Positions 1 to 13,962 of a DNA stretch of 64,000 bases are shown in pieces. Within the stretch, counting starts at the first letter, position 1, and the number at the start of each line of letters is the position of its first letter. Origin of the DNA: Octopus sinensis (lineage: Eukaryota); the NCBI RefSeq assembly GCF_006345805.1, contig NC_043018.1, forward strand, positions 29,760,001 through 29,824,000. Direction: 5' to 3'. The position numbers were made by a program, and so were the translations under genes. The notes under the pieces were generated by a model. That model had not been told where the DNA came from and searched no databases. It saw only the letters and a program-made list of their open reading frames with translations.

Positions 1-400
<400 letters not shown>

Positions 401-965
401 CACTCACGTACAAGTAAATATGTATGTATTTGGGGTATGAAGTATTATTCGCAGAGAATAACAAATGTGTATCGATATATCGATACATGTTACACAGAAT
501 ATTATACATTTAAGACGACCATAGCTATTGGATTCATCCACCCCATTGGTTCACCCAACTCAATCACCCTATTAGAATGATTAATGTTGTATGTAATTTC
601 GAAAATTTGTTTTTTCTACTTCGATATTCTTTATTCAATCCCGTCATCGTTTTCTTCCAGTTTCTGTACAAATCTTATTCAATTATACATTTTTCTTTGA
701 ACATATAACCAAATATTTGATAAATTTCATGTTGCATATGTGTATGTTTGTGTGTGTGTGTGTGTGTGTGCGTCGCATGTGTGTGTGTCGCATGTGTGTG
801 TATATATATATGTATGGATCTACTAAATATATACATATATATATGTGTGTGTATGTGTGTGTGTGTGCGTGTGTGTGTGTGTGTGTGCAATAACATATGT
901 GAACAAGCTTAGTTTGTTTATGGAAGCGTCGAATGTGTATCGTATCATACAGCCAAGAAAGCCTC

Positions 966-1000
<35 letters not shown>

Positions 1001-1505
1001 CATACATACATACATACATACATACACACATATACACACACACGCACACACACACACAAACACACACACACATACACGCACACACACACATATCTATATA
1101 AATTCACTTTGCTGCGTTCATCACTCGAAATATTTTTTTAAAATTCTGTAGATGGTGCTGCCGTCATTGATTCTTATCGGAATAACTAAACACGAAGAAT
1201 AAACATTCCTTTCTACTCTAAATGTAATTAGTATGCTAATAATAGCTAAATATCATGTAGAAATACAGTCCTTCACATTTACTAACAATAAATGGAAGTA
1301 CTTCTATTCTACATTGCTACTACAATATTTTTTGTTCATCTGAGAATTGATCGTGCGTGCCTTAGGAATTTTCCCACTTCTTTTCTTATTTACCCTTACG
1401 TGAATCAATCTCAGGGTTCATACTAAATATTCTTAGTTAATATTTTCCCTCTAGAATTGACTACATGTTGGTTAGTACTACGGGGCACATCATAATTGTC
1501 CTACA

Positions 1506-2134
1506 TATGAGGGCAAGTCAAAACTTATCTTCACTTTCGCCATAACTGTCTTTATTCATGTCCAACTGCCTTCTGCGCATGCATGCTTATAGTTTATACT
1601 CTTGTGGCCGCGTTATCGAAGTTTAAAACTGATCGCGTCATTTTTTATTTTTATTTTTTGCTTTACAGTGTAAGCATGGCGCTCCACTAGCAATGTGCAC
1701 CAAAGAAAAGCAAAGAACAATGATCCGATCAACAGTGTAACGTATAGTGCTTTGCTGGCCAACAAACCTAAGCCAGCAAGTCACACCATACGCCGAGTCC
1801 TATTGTCGAAGAGTGTTTTGTTGTTGGATGATAAATGGGTTTAGATCTGCTGGAATACCCTGCCTAAAGCCCAGAGTTCGCCCTTTCGGACAGTCATAGC
1901 TTTGGACCGCTCAGAGATGGTTTACGAGGTCGTCGAAAGAAAGAGTCCATACACGGTTGCACGACCAACCGAAACCCTTATTAGAGGGAATACACAAGCT
2001 TGTGCACCGCTGAATCAAGTGCATCGAAGAGGAAGGAGACAATATAGAAAAATTACGTACTTGCTTAACCCCTGATTTTGTGTAATTACATTGAATAAAA
2101 CAAGTGTGCGTATAATTTTTGATTTTCCGTCGTA
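1506..2134 (+). mobile_element. Internally deleted, degenerate mariner DNA transposon
   Basis: Imperfect TIRs tatgagggcaagtcaaaacttatcttcac (1506) and the reverse complement of gtgcgtataatttttgattttccgtcgta (to 2134). Relic translations match mariner transposase: MA-PLAMCTKEKQRTMIR (N-terminus), LLEYPA*SPEFALSDSHSFGPLRDGLRGRR (HPPYSPDLAPSD motif) and EGIHKLVHR*IKCIEEEGDNIEK (C-terminus). Confidence 0.8.
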
Positions 2135-2735
2135 CATCAGATACAGAGTTTCCATTGTATCAAACGCACTAATCTCGGTCGAACATGAATGGTTATTTGG
2201 GACTTTTACCTTTCTTTAGTGAATATGACTCTGTAGATAGACAAAATTTTATACTTTCTGTTATCCTAGTTTCGATTCCAACTTAACACATCTGCACTTA
2301 ACTGGAAAACTTTTTTTTTAAAGCATTAACACCATCAAAGCAAAAACCACTTTAAATTTGTGGCTGTGATATTTGAAACTTGTCCTTTTTCGAACCTGTA
2401 AATATATACGATGTAGGAAAATGTTTCAGAAAGTTTTTAAAGGCATTTTGGTAACACAGTTCAAATGTAATTGGAAACCTTTCCACCATTGAAGACAATA
2501 CTACCGTCCACTATACGTGGGAGGGCCGTAGGGTAGAGTCCGCACGCTTTTATCAGATACGGCAATAATTAAACATTCGTGATGGATTCCCAAGTGTAAC
2601 TACCTGAGTTCATGGATATTATCAAACCATCTTGCTCGTGGTCTATCATAGAGCCTTCTGATAGTTGGCTCGGCTTAAAGAATTGGTGGAATTAATATTG
2701 ATAATGTAAAATTTGAATAAATCGAATATGTACCT

Positions 2736-2971
2736 ATTTTTTACTACCCACAAGGGACTAAGCACAGAGGCGACAAACAAGGACAGACAAACGGATTAAG
2801 ACGATTATATCGACCCCAGTGCGTAACTGGTACTTATTTAATCGACCCCTAAAGGATGAAAGGCAAAGTCGACGTCGGCGGAATTTGAGCTCAGAACGTA
2901 ACGGCAAATGAAATACGGCTACGCATTTCGCCAGGCGTGCTAACGTTTCTGCCAGCTCACCGCCTTATTAG
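2736..2971 (-). mobile_element. tRNA-derived SINE family A, tail type 1, with 15-bp TSD
   Basis: Head with A box TGGCAGAAACGTTAG and B-box-like GAGCTCAAATTCC; TSD atcgaatatgtacct at 2721-2735 and 2972-2986. Confidence 0.9.
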
Positions 2972-5344
2972 ATCGAATATGTACCTTTAATCTATTAAAA
3001 CTGTAGAAACAAGAAAACAAAAATTTTATTAAGTTAGGCGTAAAACATTATCTGCACCACAATCACGTGATTCAGCCAAGCTTTATATTCTTTATCGCCC
3101 ATGTTTTCCTTACAAACACTGATCTGTAAATTTTCATCGGATCCATTAATGTCAGGTGTCTGTGTTATCCCACAATAGTGATTGGTGATGGACACAATGT
3201 TATTATTACTTGTTCAAAACAAATTAGATTCTTCTGATATTCCTGAAGTCTTGCTTAGAGCATCATGTATGATAAAAGAGACATTAATTTTGATTTTGAA
3301 AGGTCCAGGTTCGTGAGAGACGTGTGTTATTACCAGTGACGTTACACTACATTCATTAGAGAATACGAAACATTAACACAATGCTTGATAAGACTGTCTC
3401 TCATCAATAAAGATTATGAAGGATATTTCAACGTTTAAATATTTCAATATTCGCTTTTGACTGGTGGCAGATTATTCGAAGATAGACAGAGAGAGGGAGA
3501 GAGAGAGAGAAGGAGCGAGACAGACAGATGGAGACAGACAGACAGACAGGGGCAGAGAGAGAGAGAGAGAAAGTGGGAGGGAGAGAAAGCGGGAGAGAGA
3601 GTGAGAGCGTAATACTCTGAGAGAGAAGTAATGTATGTCAAATAATATTCATCACAAGATTGTATTTACGAATTTAAATTCATCAATTTATGTCAATTCA
3701 TATTAATGAGAATATCGAGAATTCTACCATTCAAGTTTGATGTGTTATGGTTGTGTGTTGATGTTGTTGTTGTGATGCTTTAATCCCAAGTTAACTCTGA
3801 TTAAGTCAGCCAGTTATAAAAGACAACTAAGCCATCATCATTCCGATATTTCAAATGCATTACGTGTCTTAAACAACATTGTACAATGTGCCCTTTCTTT
3901 TTTGGTAGAATAAGATGTAACTTCTTGAGGATTTGGTTGATTTTTCTAGCAACTCAAGTGACGTTATAGTGAATCCCTTTACATTCACTCAAAAAAAAAT
4001 CATTTTTTTTCTTTTCTTTCTTTAATTTTTTGTCTGAGAATTCATGTCAAATATTATTGGGTGGTCAGATAAATTTATTCATTTTTATTTCCACTTATTT
4101 TAATCTTTGTTTTTCATCAACAGTTTTGACAAATCAAATCAATAATATATTCTCCATTGTTCACATCTTGCCAACGTTCCACCAGCTTGTCAATGCCTTC
4201 ACGACAGAAATAACCGGTCCTTGACTCGAAGAATTCATTGAACCAGTTTTCAGTACCACGACGTCGATAAACGAAATGCCTCACAGACTGCTGGAAAGTA
4301 ACCGAAAGAGATGGTAATTTGAAAGCGCTGCATCGGGAGATTTCTCTAAAATATATCCAATCACAGTTGATCTTAGACTCTAAATATTTTATTCGTTGTC
4401 ACCATTATTGTTCTGGCTACCTGGTTAATGTTAGATATCAGAAATATATATTTCTTTTAAAATCCAGTATACACAACTGAGAAAACTATTTAAAATAAAA
4501 ACAGAAATCTATATATCATATTTTATGTATACAAATTGTCGATTTGCCAGTTACTAGAGTAGTTATCCTGAGATAACATCTCTGAGAGACTTGCGTTTTG
4601 TTTAAAACACAATAAATACCCCAGTGAGAGAGAGGGGTGGATTTGTCGGGATAAATATTGCTGTATTTTATCTCGCTCTGATATTTATAGTGTTTTTAAA
4701 ACGTCAACTCTAACACAGCTCTACCCACGCGGCTTCATTGTACCGGTGGTGCCAACGCGGCTTGAATCTCGCGCTCCGCTGTCGACCTCTGACAGGGACC
4801 AAACCAGAGACGATGAAGGGACTGCGGAAGAAGCAGTACGCCTATCGTGACCATTACATTACCAACGATTCCCAACAACTAATAACGGGCGTGCGGACGA
4901 AGTCGTGGCATTTCAAAAACCATCATATATTTCCACTAAGAATAGAATCTTATGAGAAACACTACAGAAACTGTCATATCGAGAGTGTACATACTTTAAG
5001 TATAATACATAGATGGCTAATACTTTCTAATGTTTCTATTGTTTAAAACACATTTAGCTTTGTTCCTACTTCTAAGTTTTATATGTTCTTCCTCGATTCC
5101 TTTCACTTCAAAATTTCTACCAATTTATAACAGCAAATTTTTCTCCGACACTCGTTCTACCTCGCCCTCTTTCACTCTCTTCTTTTTCTCTCTCTCTCTC
5201 TCCCTTTCTTTCTTCCACTCTCACTCACTCTCCCTTTCTCTCTCTCTCACACTCTTTCCCTCCCTCATTGTCTCAATATGTGTATGCATGTAAGCACATG
5301 TCTGTGCAAATTTGCTCGTGACATTGATGTAACTAAAACTAACA

Positions 5345-5350
5345 CATCAC

Positions 5351-5406
<56 letters not shown>

Positions 5407-5471
5407 CCATTGCCACAACCGCCATCAACGATAATATAATCATGGTAATCATCATTACCACCACCACCATC

Positions 5472-5505
<34 letters not shown>

Positions 5506-5534
5506 TTATCATCATCATTATCATCATCGTCATC

Positions 5535-5568
<34 letters not shown>

Positions 5569-5660
5569 TCATCATCATTACCATTGCCCTCGACCTTATA
5601 ATCATCGCTAACAACAATACCATAATTGCAACAACAACAACAACACCAACAACATTATCG
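5345..5660. repeat. Compound (CAT)n/(CAC)n/(CAA)n trinucleotide repeat
   Basis: Directly visible. Confidence 0.95.
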
Positions 5661-6074
5661 AGAATATCAACACCAATAACTCATTATTTCTGTTTGGATA
5701 GGATATATTGTGGAACCGGATTTAAAAACCATTATTTATTCTTTTGTTCCATCTTCAAATACAATAACCAGGAATTTATTTATTTCCTAACAACACTAGA
5801 AACAATTCTTTGATGCATTCCTGCTAACAAGACAGGATATTCTCTTGTCATTTTATGCTTTCAAAATAAATGGCAAATGGAACCGGCTCTTGTCACGTTA
5901 TTCTCAGTTCGACTGCGAAGTCAACGTGAAGAAACAATATAGGGTTTTGTTTTTTCCTTTTTCCATTATTTTAGAAATCTTGAAAGAGTATAAAAGACTG
6001 TAAATGAACGAAAAATTGAGAAAATTGAAAATAAGTGGAATAAGTAAAAAAAAGAAATAGTATATATATATATA

Positions 6075-6241
6075 GAGGCGCAGGCGTGACTGTACGGTAA
6101 GAAGTTTGCTTCACAACCACATGGTTCCTGGTTCAGTTCCACTACGTGCTTGGCACCTTGCACAGTTATCTTCTACAGTTTAGGGCCGACCCAAAACATT
6201 GTCAATCGATCGAAGCGACGGAAACTGAAAGAACACCATCG
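6075..6241 (+). mobile_element. SINE family B, degenerate 5' part
   Basis: ggcgcaggcgtgactgtacggtaagaagtttgct...gacggaaactgaaagaa matches the other B copies. Confidence 0.75.
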
Positions 6242-6243
6242 TA

Positions 6244-6306
<63 letters not shown>

Positions 6307-6363
6307 GTGTGTGTGTGTGTGTGTGTGTATGTGTATATATGTATATATATATATATACACATA

Positions 6364-6406
<43 letters not shown>

Positions 6407-6462
6407 AATATATATATATATATATAATATATATATATATATGTATGTATGTATTGTGGTTA

Positions 6463-6718
6463 GAGTAGTGCTCTCGCGAGGGATCGCGTGTTGGAACCTC
6501 AGACCGGGTGATGTGTGTGCTTATAAGCGAAACATCTAAGCTCCAAGCGGCTCTGGTAGAAGGTAATGCCGAACTTCTGCTGACTCTTTTTCCCCAATTT
6601 TCTCTCACTCTTTTCTCCTACGACGGACCGGCATCTCGCCCAGGTGGGGAACCTATACGACAATGAAACTGGAAAACCGGCCCTTATGGGCCAAACATGG
6701 CTCCAGAAGGAACAAACA

Positions 6719-6729
<11 letters not shown>
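6463..6729 (+). mobile_element. SINE with family-D-like head and body and an alternative (ACA)n-ending tail
   Basis: Head and body resemble 55447-55640 (gtggttag...gcgaaacatctaagctcca...ttctctcactct), but the element ends ggcccttatgggcc...gaaggaacaaacaacaacaac. Confidence 0.55.
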
Positions 6730-6768
<39 letters not shown>

Positions 6769-6778
6769 TATATATATA

Positions 6779-6809
<31 letters not shown>

Positions 6810-6844
6810 ATGTATGTATGTAAGTATGTATATATATATATGCA

Positions 6845-7160
6845 TGGTCGGGTCGTCGGCGACTAAACCGGCAACCCCACCAAGCTTGCTTGTTGAGGAG
6901 GGTGTTTATTGGACACCCTGCAGGATGAAAAACAAAACCCGTCAAAGGCCAGAGGAACTCTTGAGAGTCAACGGCCATCCAATAAATGTCTTAAGGCTGT
7001 ATCATGCGCGGGGACATAGAAATAATCGGACTGAATACCCGATCGCGCGGTTAAACCATTGGGAGTGAAGCACTCCTAGCCGTTGTTAGGGTATCCTTCT
7101 AGGAGAAGGTAACTCAGGTAACTGGGATAACTACGACATAAAGCCTGCGGCTCAGTGGTT
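6845..7160 (+). mobile_element. RTE-like 5' region fragment
   Basis: Contains tctaggagaaggtaactc, which resembles the RTE 5'-UTR motif TCTAGGAGAAGGAAAACTC as I recall it. Confidence 0.4.
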
Positions 7161-7869
7161 ACCGATGATGTTGACTTGTTCTTCTTTTCGGATTATGGCT
7201 GCTGTTGCTTAGTGAGTGGGATTCACTCAGTGCACAGCCTTTCCTCACTTTCAAAAAAATCTTCTTGCACAGGCATTGCACGATAACAACATTGATTAAG
7301 CTTTGTGCAATAGTCATACTCGATAACGAGGGTTGCAGTCGCCATGTATGTATATATAGAATGTAAACAAATGACAAGGATGTCCAGGTATCAATACATT
7401 TCAAACAATGTTTATCGTCACATCAATATGGCTGTTTGACGTTACTTCAGTTTTAACCCTAGGCAGACCTTCTGCTTGCTGGTTACCGGTGCAACTTGCA
7501 TAATACAGATATTGCAACCATAGGGGCGAACGCCTACCATATTCTATCGGAGCAGACAGCGGGATTACGAGACATGATGTTTCCGGGGTACTTGTGCCCA
7601 TCTCCACTGATGTACACCGGACCAAGAGAAATAGCAGACATTGGCTTCAGCTCGCAGTATATAGAAAAATAAGCGACTATCAGTGATTGATCTTGCCACA
7701 AGCTAGTTAGATAACAGTACCGATTAGTATAGTTACTACTTTCATCTTTTAGTGAGATCTTCTAACTAGCTACTTCGCTTGTTATATATATGTGTATGTG
7801 TGTGTATGTGTGTGTGTGCTTGTGTGCTAGTGTGTGTGTGTATGAATGTGTGTGTCTTTCTCTCATTTT

Positions 7870-8023
7870 TGTCTTCTACCAACGCAGACAACCGGTGTTG
7901 GTGTATTTACGTACAGTAAAAAAAATAAGCACAGGGGTAAATTCGTTCAACTAAGATTCCTGGTGGTGCTCCAGCATGACTGCAGTTTAATGACTAAAAC
8001 TAAAAGAATAAAAGAATAAAAGG

Positions 8024-8025
<2 letters not shown>
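7870..8025 (+). mobile_element. SINE family B, degenerate 3' part
   Basis: gtgctccagcatgactgcagtttaatgactaaaactaaaagaataaaagaat tail. Confidence 0.65.
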
Positions 8026-8059
<34 letters not shown>

Positions 8060-8439
8060 CTCAAAATAGCAACAAGAATGACTCCGGTAATTTGGTACGA
8101 TCGTTTCCTACTACATCATTTTATTAATTGTTGTAAGTATTACAACAGTTTTAAAATGCTGAGCAATCATCAGCCAATTATAGAGGTTTTCCATTAATAC
8201 AAAATTTTTCATATCAAGTGGCAACATTATAGAGAAGGTAGATACATAGACAGAGATGTGGATTTAAATTTTAAGAACATTTGAGGTAGTGGAGCCCATC
8301 AACTGACTGACTAAGATTCAGTTGTTCCTGGAACAACTGTGTTAGGCGATGGTAAAGAGTGAGGAGGTAGGATTATTTGTAGTCCGGCATGGTGGATATA
8401 TACACACACACTCACACCACCCACCCACACCCACATACA

Positions 8440-8475
<36 letters not shown>

Positions 8476-8569
8476 TATATCAGCTATTTTGCTGATCTAA
8501 ATTCAGTGACAATAAAAACTTGTGGTGGACAACAGGTACAAATAGGGAGCGAAGACTAACCTCACGTAG

Positions 8570-8935
8570 GCTTAATTTAAGGAGGCGATTAAAACGTTCG
8601 AATGTAGCAAGACCGCCGGAGAGGCCTTAAGACAAGAAGGTATTTTCTAACCATTCTTTATTATGCCAAGTGATTCATGCATCTGGAAACAATCAAAGCA
8701 ATGGCAATCCAGAGTTTTTAAAACGGGAGAAAAGAGTAAGCGTACTGATCACAGATAAATATCCTTGTTGAGCCTTCTCTCTAAAGTCTACGCGAGTGTT
8801 CTGGAAACTTGCAGTAGGGATATTGTTAGTTTCTTTCATCCTGAACACAGCGCAACCGACCAGATATTCGCTCAACAGCAGGGTTTCAAGAAATTGTAGG
8901 AATATTGCCAAGAAATCTATGCTTATAGTTTCCCA
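8570..8935 (+). pseudogene. Degraded non-LTR reverse transcriptase fragment (RTE-like)
   Basis: FKTGEKSKRTDHR*ISLLSLLSKVYASVLETCSRDIV and ATDQIFAQQQGFKKL*EYCQEIYAYSF align by eye to RTE RT motifs (FKKGD..C.NYRGISLLS.PGKVYA; TTDQIF.L.QI.EK.WEY). Confidence 0.7.
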
Positions 8936-9255
8936 GGTAATGACTCCGTCAACCTCGTGTGCTTCATGGGTCTTGATTTAGACACAGAGAAAGCAGTTTC
9001 GATCGGAAACGGTTTTGGACTGACAACATTGACAATTGGGCCGAGGCGGGAATGGCAGTGTATTTTATTCACACGTGATTGTGATTAAATACACAAATCA
9101 ACTTCGGGAGCATTTGAACGCAACAAATACTACCATGTGCGTATTAAAGCATAGGTGTGAGTCAGATAAGGATGGGTAGATAGATAGATAGGTAGATATA
9201 TCTATAGCTATACATAGATATAGATGTAGGCATGCAAACATAAACATATGTATAT

Positions 9256-9342
<87 letters not shown>

Positions 9343-9589
9343 ATATATATATACATATATGCATATATATTCAAAAAAGCTATGTGTTGTTGTGTGTGGT
9401 TATATATGTATATGTATTTGTATGTGTGCCTGTGTGTGAGTGTGTATACATGTTTATATGTATGTGTGTTTACTTATGTGGGTAGGTATTATAAATAGGT
9501 GTATATATATATTAATAAAAACACGTATATGTATATGCATGTATGCTTACGTATATATGTGTGCGTGTGCGCATATATATATATATATA

Positions 9590-9725
9590 TATTTAATCAG
9601 CCGAAATTACTACGATGATCCGGTTCTTGACTGAAGACTGAGGGGTTCGAATGTCCTGTCCATGTTTATTGTATCGTCTTCTATGAGTTATACGTTCTTG
9701 TCCATGTTGTATTTTTCTACATACC
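9590..9725 (+). mobile_element. Short dispersed repeat next to (TA)n, possible Penelope-like terminal remnant
   Basis: Homologous to the reverse complement of 13665-13825 and 29900-30030 (cagccgaaatt...cttgactga.ga...cgaatg...gttcttgt). Confidence 0.45.
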
Positions 9726-9727
9726 TA

Positions 9728-9758
<31 letters not shown>

Positions 9759-9771
9759 GTATATATACATG

Positions 9772-9804
<33 letters not shown>

Positions 9805-10664
9805 TTGTACGAATGTATATATATATATATAGGTATATAGTTATATAATAGGTATACACCAACATATATAGGTCTATACATAATGCATATTCTTACATAT
9901 ATATATATATATAGATATATATATATATATGTATATAAACATACGGACATAAGTATGTATATGCATACACACAGACATATATACAAACATATATGTACGT
10001 GTATATACCTTTGTATATATATAAATATTTATATATATGTATGTGTATGTATATATGTATGTGTATATATGTATATATGTACAAATACACACACATACAA
10101 CAGATCTTTGTGTTTTGGCTAGCGATAGAGATTACTAACAGAGATACAGTAATATAGGTGTATGGTGTAGGTATGTGTGGATGTCTGGCTGTATTTGTCT
10201 TACAAAGTTTCCTTGGAAGTGTCGACACACAGCTAAAAGTCTATCAACTTCTGTACTGCTTGATTTATCAAAGCTGTTAATGTAAGTCTTTAGTTATTCA
10301 ATATAAGTTAGTTTAGATGGCTGGTCTAACAGTAAATATTGAATGTGTCCAACATTATACGAATCTGTTCATAACATTTACAATATCAATGTTTGTGTGT
10401 GTGTGTGTGTGTGTGTACACTACTCACGCATACACAGAGATACATGACAAACACATACACTCACACACACACGCGTGTTTCTTCATGTATGTCATTTTAT
10501 AAATACATATGTGCATATTTCAATATGGATTGGCGAATAGATACTAACACAAACATACATACGCACTATATACACTATATATACATATGTATATCTATAT
10601 ATGTATATACATACATATATATATAAATGTATACATATAATTAATAGAGATAGGTACGTACATA

Positions 10665-10725
<61 letters not shown>

Positions 10726-10774
10726 AAGAGTTGTGAATAATCAACCTTATGAAAACTCCCATTCAGTATATATT

Positions 10775-10809
<35 letters not shown>

Positions 10810-11210
10810 ACATATATAATATATATATATATATATGCATATATATCACACACCCACACACACACACACACACAATATATATATATATATATTATATATA
10901 TATAATATATATATATGTTCATAAACGAATGTGTTTATACACATAGATAGATTCATGCATACGTGGGCTTAACTACGAATATTTATTTATATACATATAC
11001 GCGTGTGTGTATGTATATATAGAGAGACAGAGAAATTTGTGTGTGTGTTTGTGTGTGTGTGTGAGTATGTGGGTGTGTGTTCTGTTTGTAGGCATACGTA
11101 TAAATAAATGACACAGATATATATAATAATAGTAAAGTAAAATATGTTTGTATGTATGTGTACGTATATATATTTATATTATATTTTATATAAATATATA
11201 TTAATATATA

Positions 11211-11248
<38 letters not shown>

Positions 11249-11314
11249 TTATATACTTATATACATGAATATATATCATATACATTTAAGTACCCATACA
11301 GATAGATACATATA

Positions 11315-11371
<57 letters not shown>

Positions 11372-12025
11372 ATATATATATATATTATATATATATATAT
11401 ATGTGTGTGTGTGTATATAATATATATATATAGAGAGAGAGATGTAACTGAATGCCTTTGTTTGTAAATGTATAGTTTCATGTGTTTATATGTTTCCATA
11501 GTTTAATGTATGCCTCAAACGCTTTATTTGCTTTGTCTGGATAACTTCTTCTTCTCCCTCGTCCTTTCGTTCGGTTTGTATTTTTGATCACCTTACATCT
11601 ATCTTAGTTTTTTTCTTCATCAATGATATCGTCCAACATCGCAGACACCATCGCTGTCTCCACCGCCAACAACAACAACACCAACATCTACTCAGCCACC
11701 TCTACCACCATCACCGACATCCCTACCATTCACCATTACCGTTGTGAGGTTTTGTTCTGCTGTCTCCGCCTATCATCTTTGTTCTGTCATCTGGCTGGAT
11801 AGTTAAAAGTCATCGACGTCTACTTTTAGAAATATCCTTGAATCGTTGGTTTTGTTATGAATTGATGCCGTCTGAAACGAACCGTGAAAATAAAACAAGA
11901 TATCCGTTTGTCAAAGACAAAAGGTTTCATACACTAGCATAGAGTAACATTTTCAAAGTTGTAATTGTAGATGAAGAAGAGTAACAAAAATCCTTTTATC
12001 GTCTAACTTCTCTCCATTCTTTGAA

Positions 12026-12095
12026 CAAGCGCTCTCCAACCTGTTTGCACAGGAGACCCGTTTTATGCAACAAAATTTTGCCACGGACCGGGATA
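12026..12095 (+). mobile_element. hAT (Charlie-like) terminus remnant
   Basis: caagcgctctccaacctgtttgcacaggagacccgttttatgcaacaaaattttgccacggaccgg resembles Charlie-type ends (CAGCGGTCCCCAACCTTTTTGGCACCAGGGACCGGTTT...TTTTCCACGGACC), recalled from memory. Confidence 0.45.
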
Positions 12096-12193
12096 TCAGG
12101 CGCATAACAAAACTCAATAAATTTGTAATATATAATATATAATGTAATATCATATATAATACAATACAATATATATACATTATATATATATAG

Positions 12194-12241
<48 letters not shown>

Positions 12242-12269
12242 ATGTGTATATATATATATATATATAAGT

Positions 12270-12305
<36 letters not shown>

Positions 12306-12449
12306 AGCTTCGTGCAATGGCATACTCAATAACGAATATGGGAGAAAGCGCTAATATATGATCTAAGTTATATGATGTATAAAAACATGTAATATGCAAA
12401 TAAATATCTGTAGATATAAACCATCCGAATTTCTGAATACTATTTCCCT

Positions 12450-12513
<64 letters not shown>

Positions 12514-12664
12514 TATGTTGAAATGGAAAGATGAATTATCTTGTTACGGTATTATCAAAAGTTTAACCGATACCTGGGTAGCAAAAATCACAGCAGAAAA
12601 ACACGGTTGGAGTTATGACCATAGGGTGTTGCAACCGTGCGTTGGCGCGGATAATTGAAGTTTA

Positions 12665-12808
12665 ATATAATTAGTGAATGGAAGAAATGGAGCTGAACGA
12701 AGATTCAGAATTTGGAAATTTGTGGCCTTTGAAACATGTGTAGAATGTAATAAAAGGAATTCGGTAGAATCTTCGTTCAGCTCCATTTCTTCCATTCACT
12801 AATTATAT
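12665..12808. repeat. Perfect 42-bp inverted repeat with 60-bp spacer
   Basis: atataattagtgaatggaagaaatggagctgaacgaagattc (12665-12706) is the exact reverse complement of 12767-12808. Confidence 0.95.
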
Positions 12809-13524
12809 ATAAATATATATATACATACACACATACAAATAGAATGTACGTAATATATATGTTAAGCAAAACCCCTGCAGACTACGGTAGTCTATATAAT
12901 ATGCTATTATTCTTTTAGTTATTTATTTGTGACAGTCATTTGCCTGCGGCCATGTTGGAGCACCTCTTTCAGAATATAAATAGAATACGTATTTTTTTTT
13001 TTTTTTGTGCAGAGTGTTACTGTACAGCGATCCAGTGGTTGAGTATCTTTGCTATATACTATTCATACTGGAACAAAATGCCATCAACATAACATATACA
13101 CGCTCAGTATTGACCTTATGTCATATAAGACGATGAAAAAAAACGCTCTGTCTAGTAAAGTCATCTACTTGAAATAGTAGCCAAATATGGCAGACAACTT
13201 CACCGGCGTGGTTTCGTTAGAAAATACAATAATCACATCGATATCGTTGAATAGGAATTTACATGACAGTCTCTCTTATATATTGGTTGTTATTTTCGTG
13301 GCTGTAAATATAATTATAAAGACATTTATCTCTATTTTCAAATACTGAGTGTACCTTTATCGTCTTATGACACTTCTTCAATCGTCTCTCTCTCTCTCAC
13401 TCTTTCTCTTTCTCTCTTTCTCTCTCTCACTCACCCTTTCTCTCTGCCTTTCTCACTCTTTACTTCCGTCTTTCTTTGTACCTGTCTCATTTTTTCTCTA
13501 AGTATGTATATGTGTGTGTGTTTG

Positions 13525-13615
<91 letters not shown>

Positions 13616-13622
13616 TGTGTTT

Positions 13623-13664
<42 letters not shown>

Positions 13665-13665
<1 letters not shown>

Positions 13666-13825
13666 TAGAAAATGGGACAAGAACGCAAAACATCCGGACA
13701 GTTAGGTGATACAAACATGAGACAACAAAACATCCAGATAGACGATACAAGAAACCAAGGACGAGTCATTCGAAGTTTTCTTTCAGTCAAGGACAAGATT
13801 ATCTCCGCAATTTCGGCTGAGTATA
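13665..13825 (-). mobile_element. Second copy of the (TA)n-adjacent dispersed repeat
   Basis: Shares ggacaagaacg...gacgatacaa...cattcgaa...ttcagtcaag...aatttcggctga with 9590-9725. Confidence 0.45.
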
Positions 13826-13829
13826 CACG

Positions 13830-13875
<46 letters not shown>

Positions 13876-13915
13876 ACAAAACACATATATATATATAATA
13901 TATATATATTATATA

Positions 13916-13962
<47 letters not shown>

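Noticed and set aside
4738-5046. GC-richer 102-aa ORF
   Set aside because: No recognisable domain, ATG start or convincing splice context in any frame.
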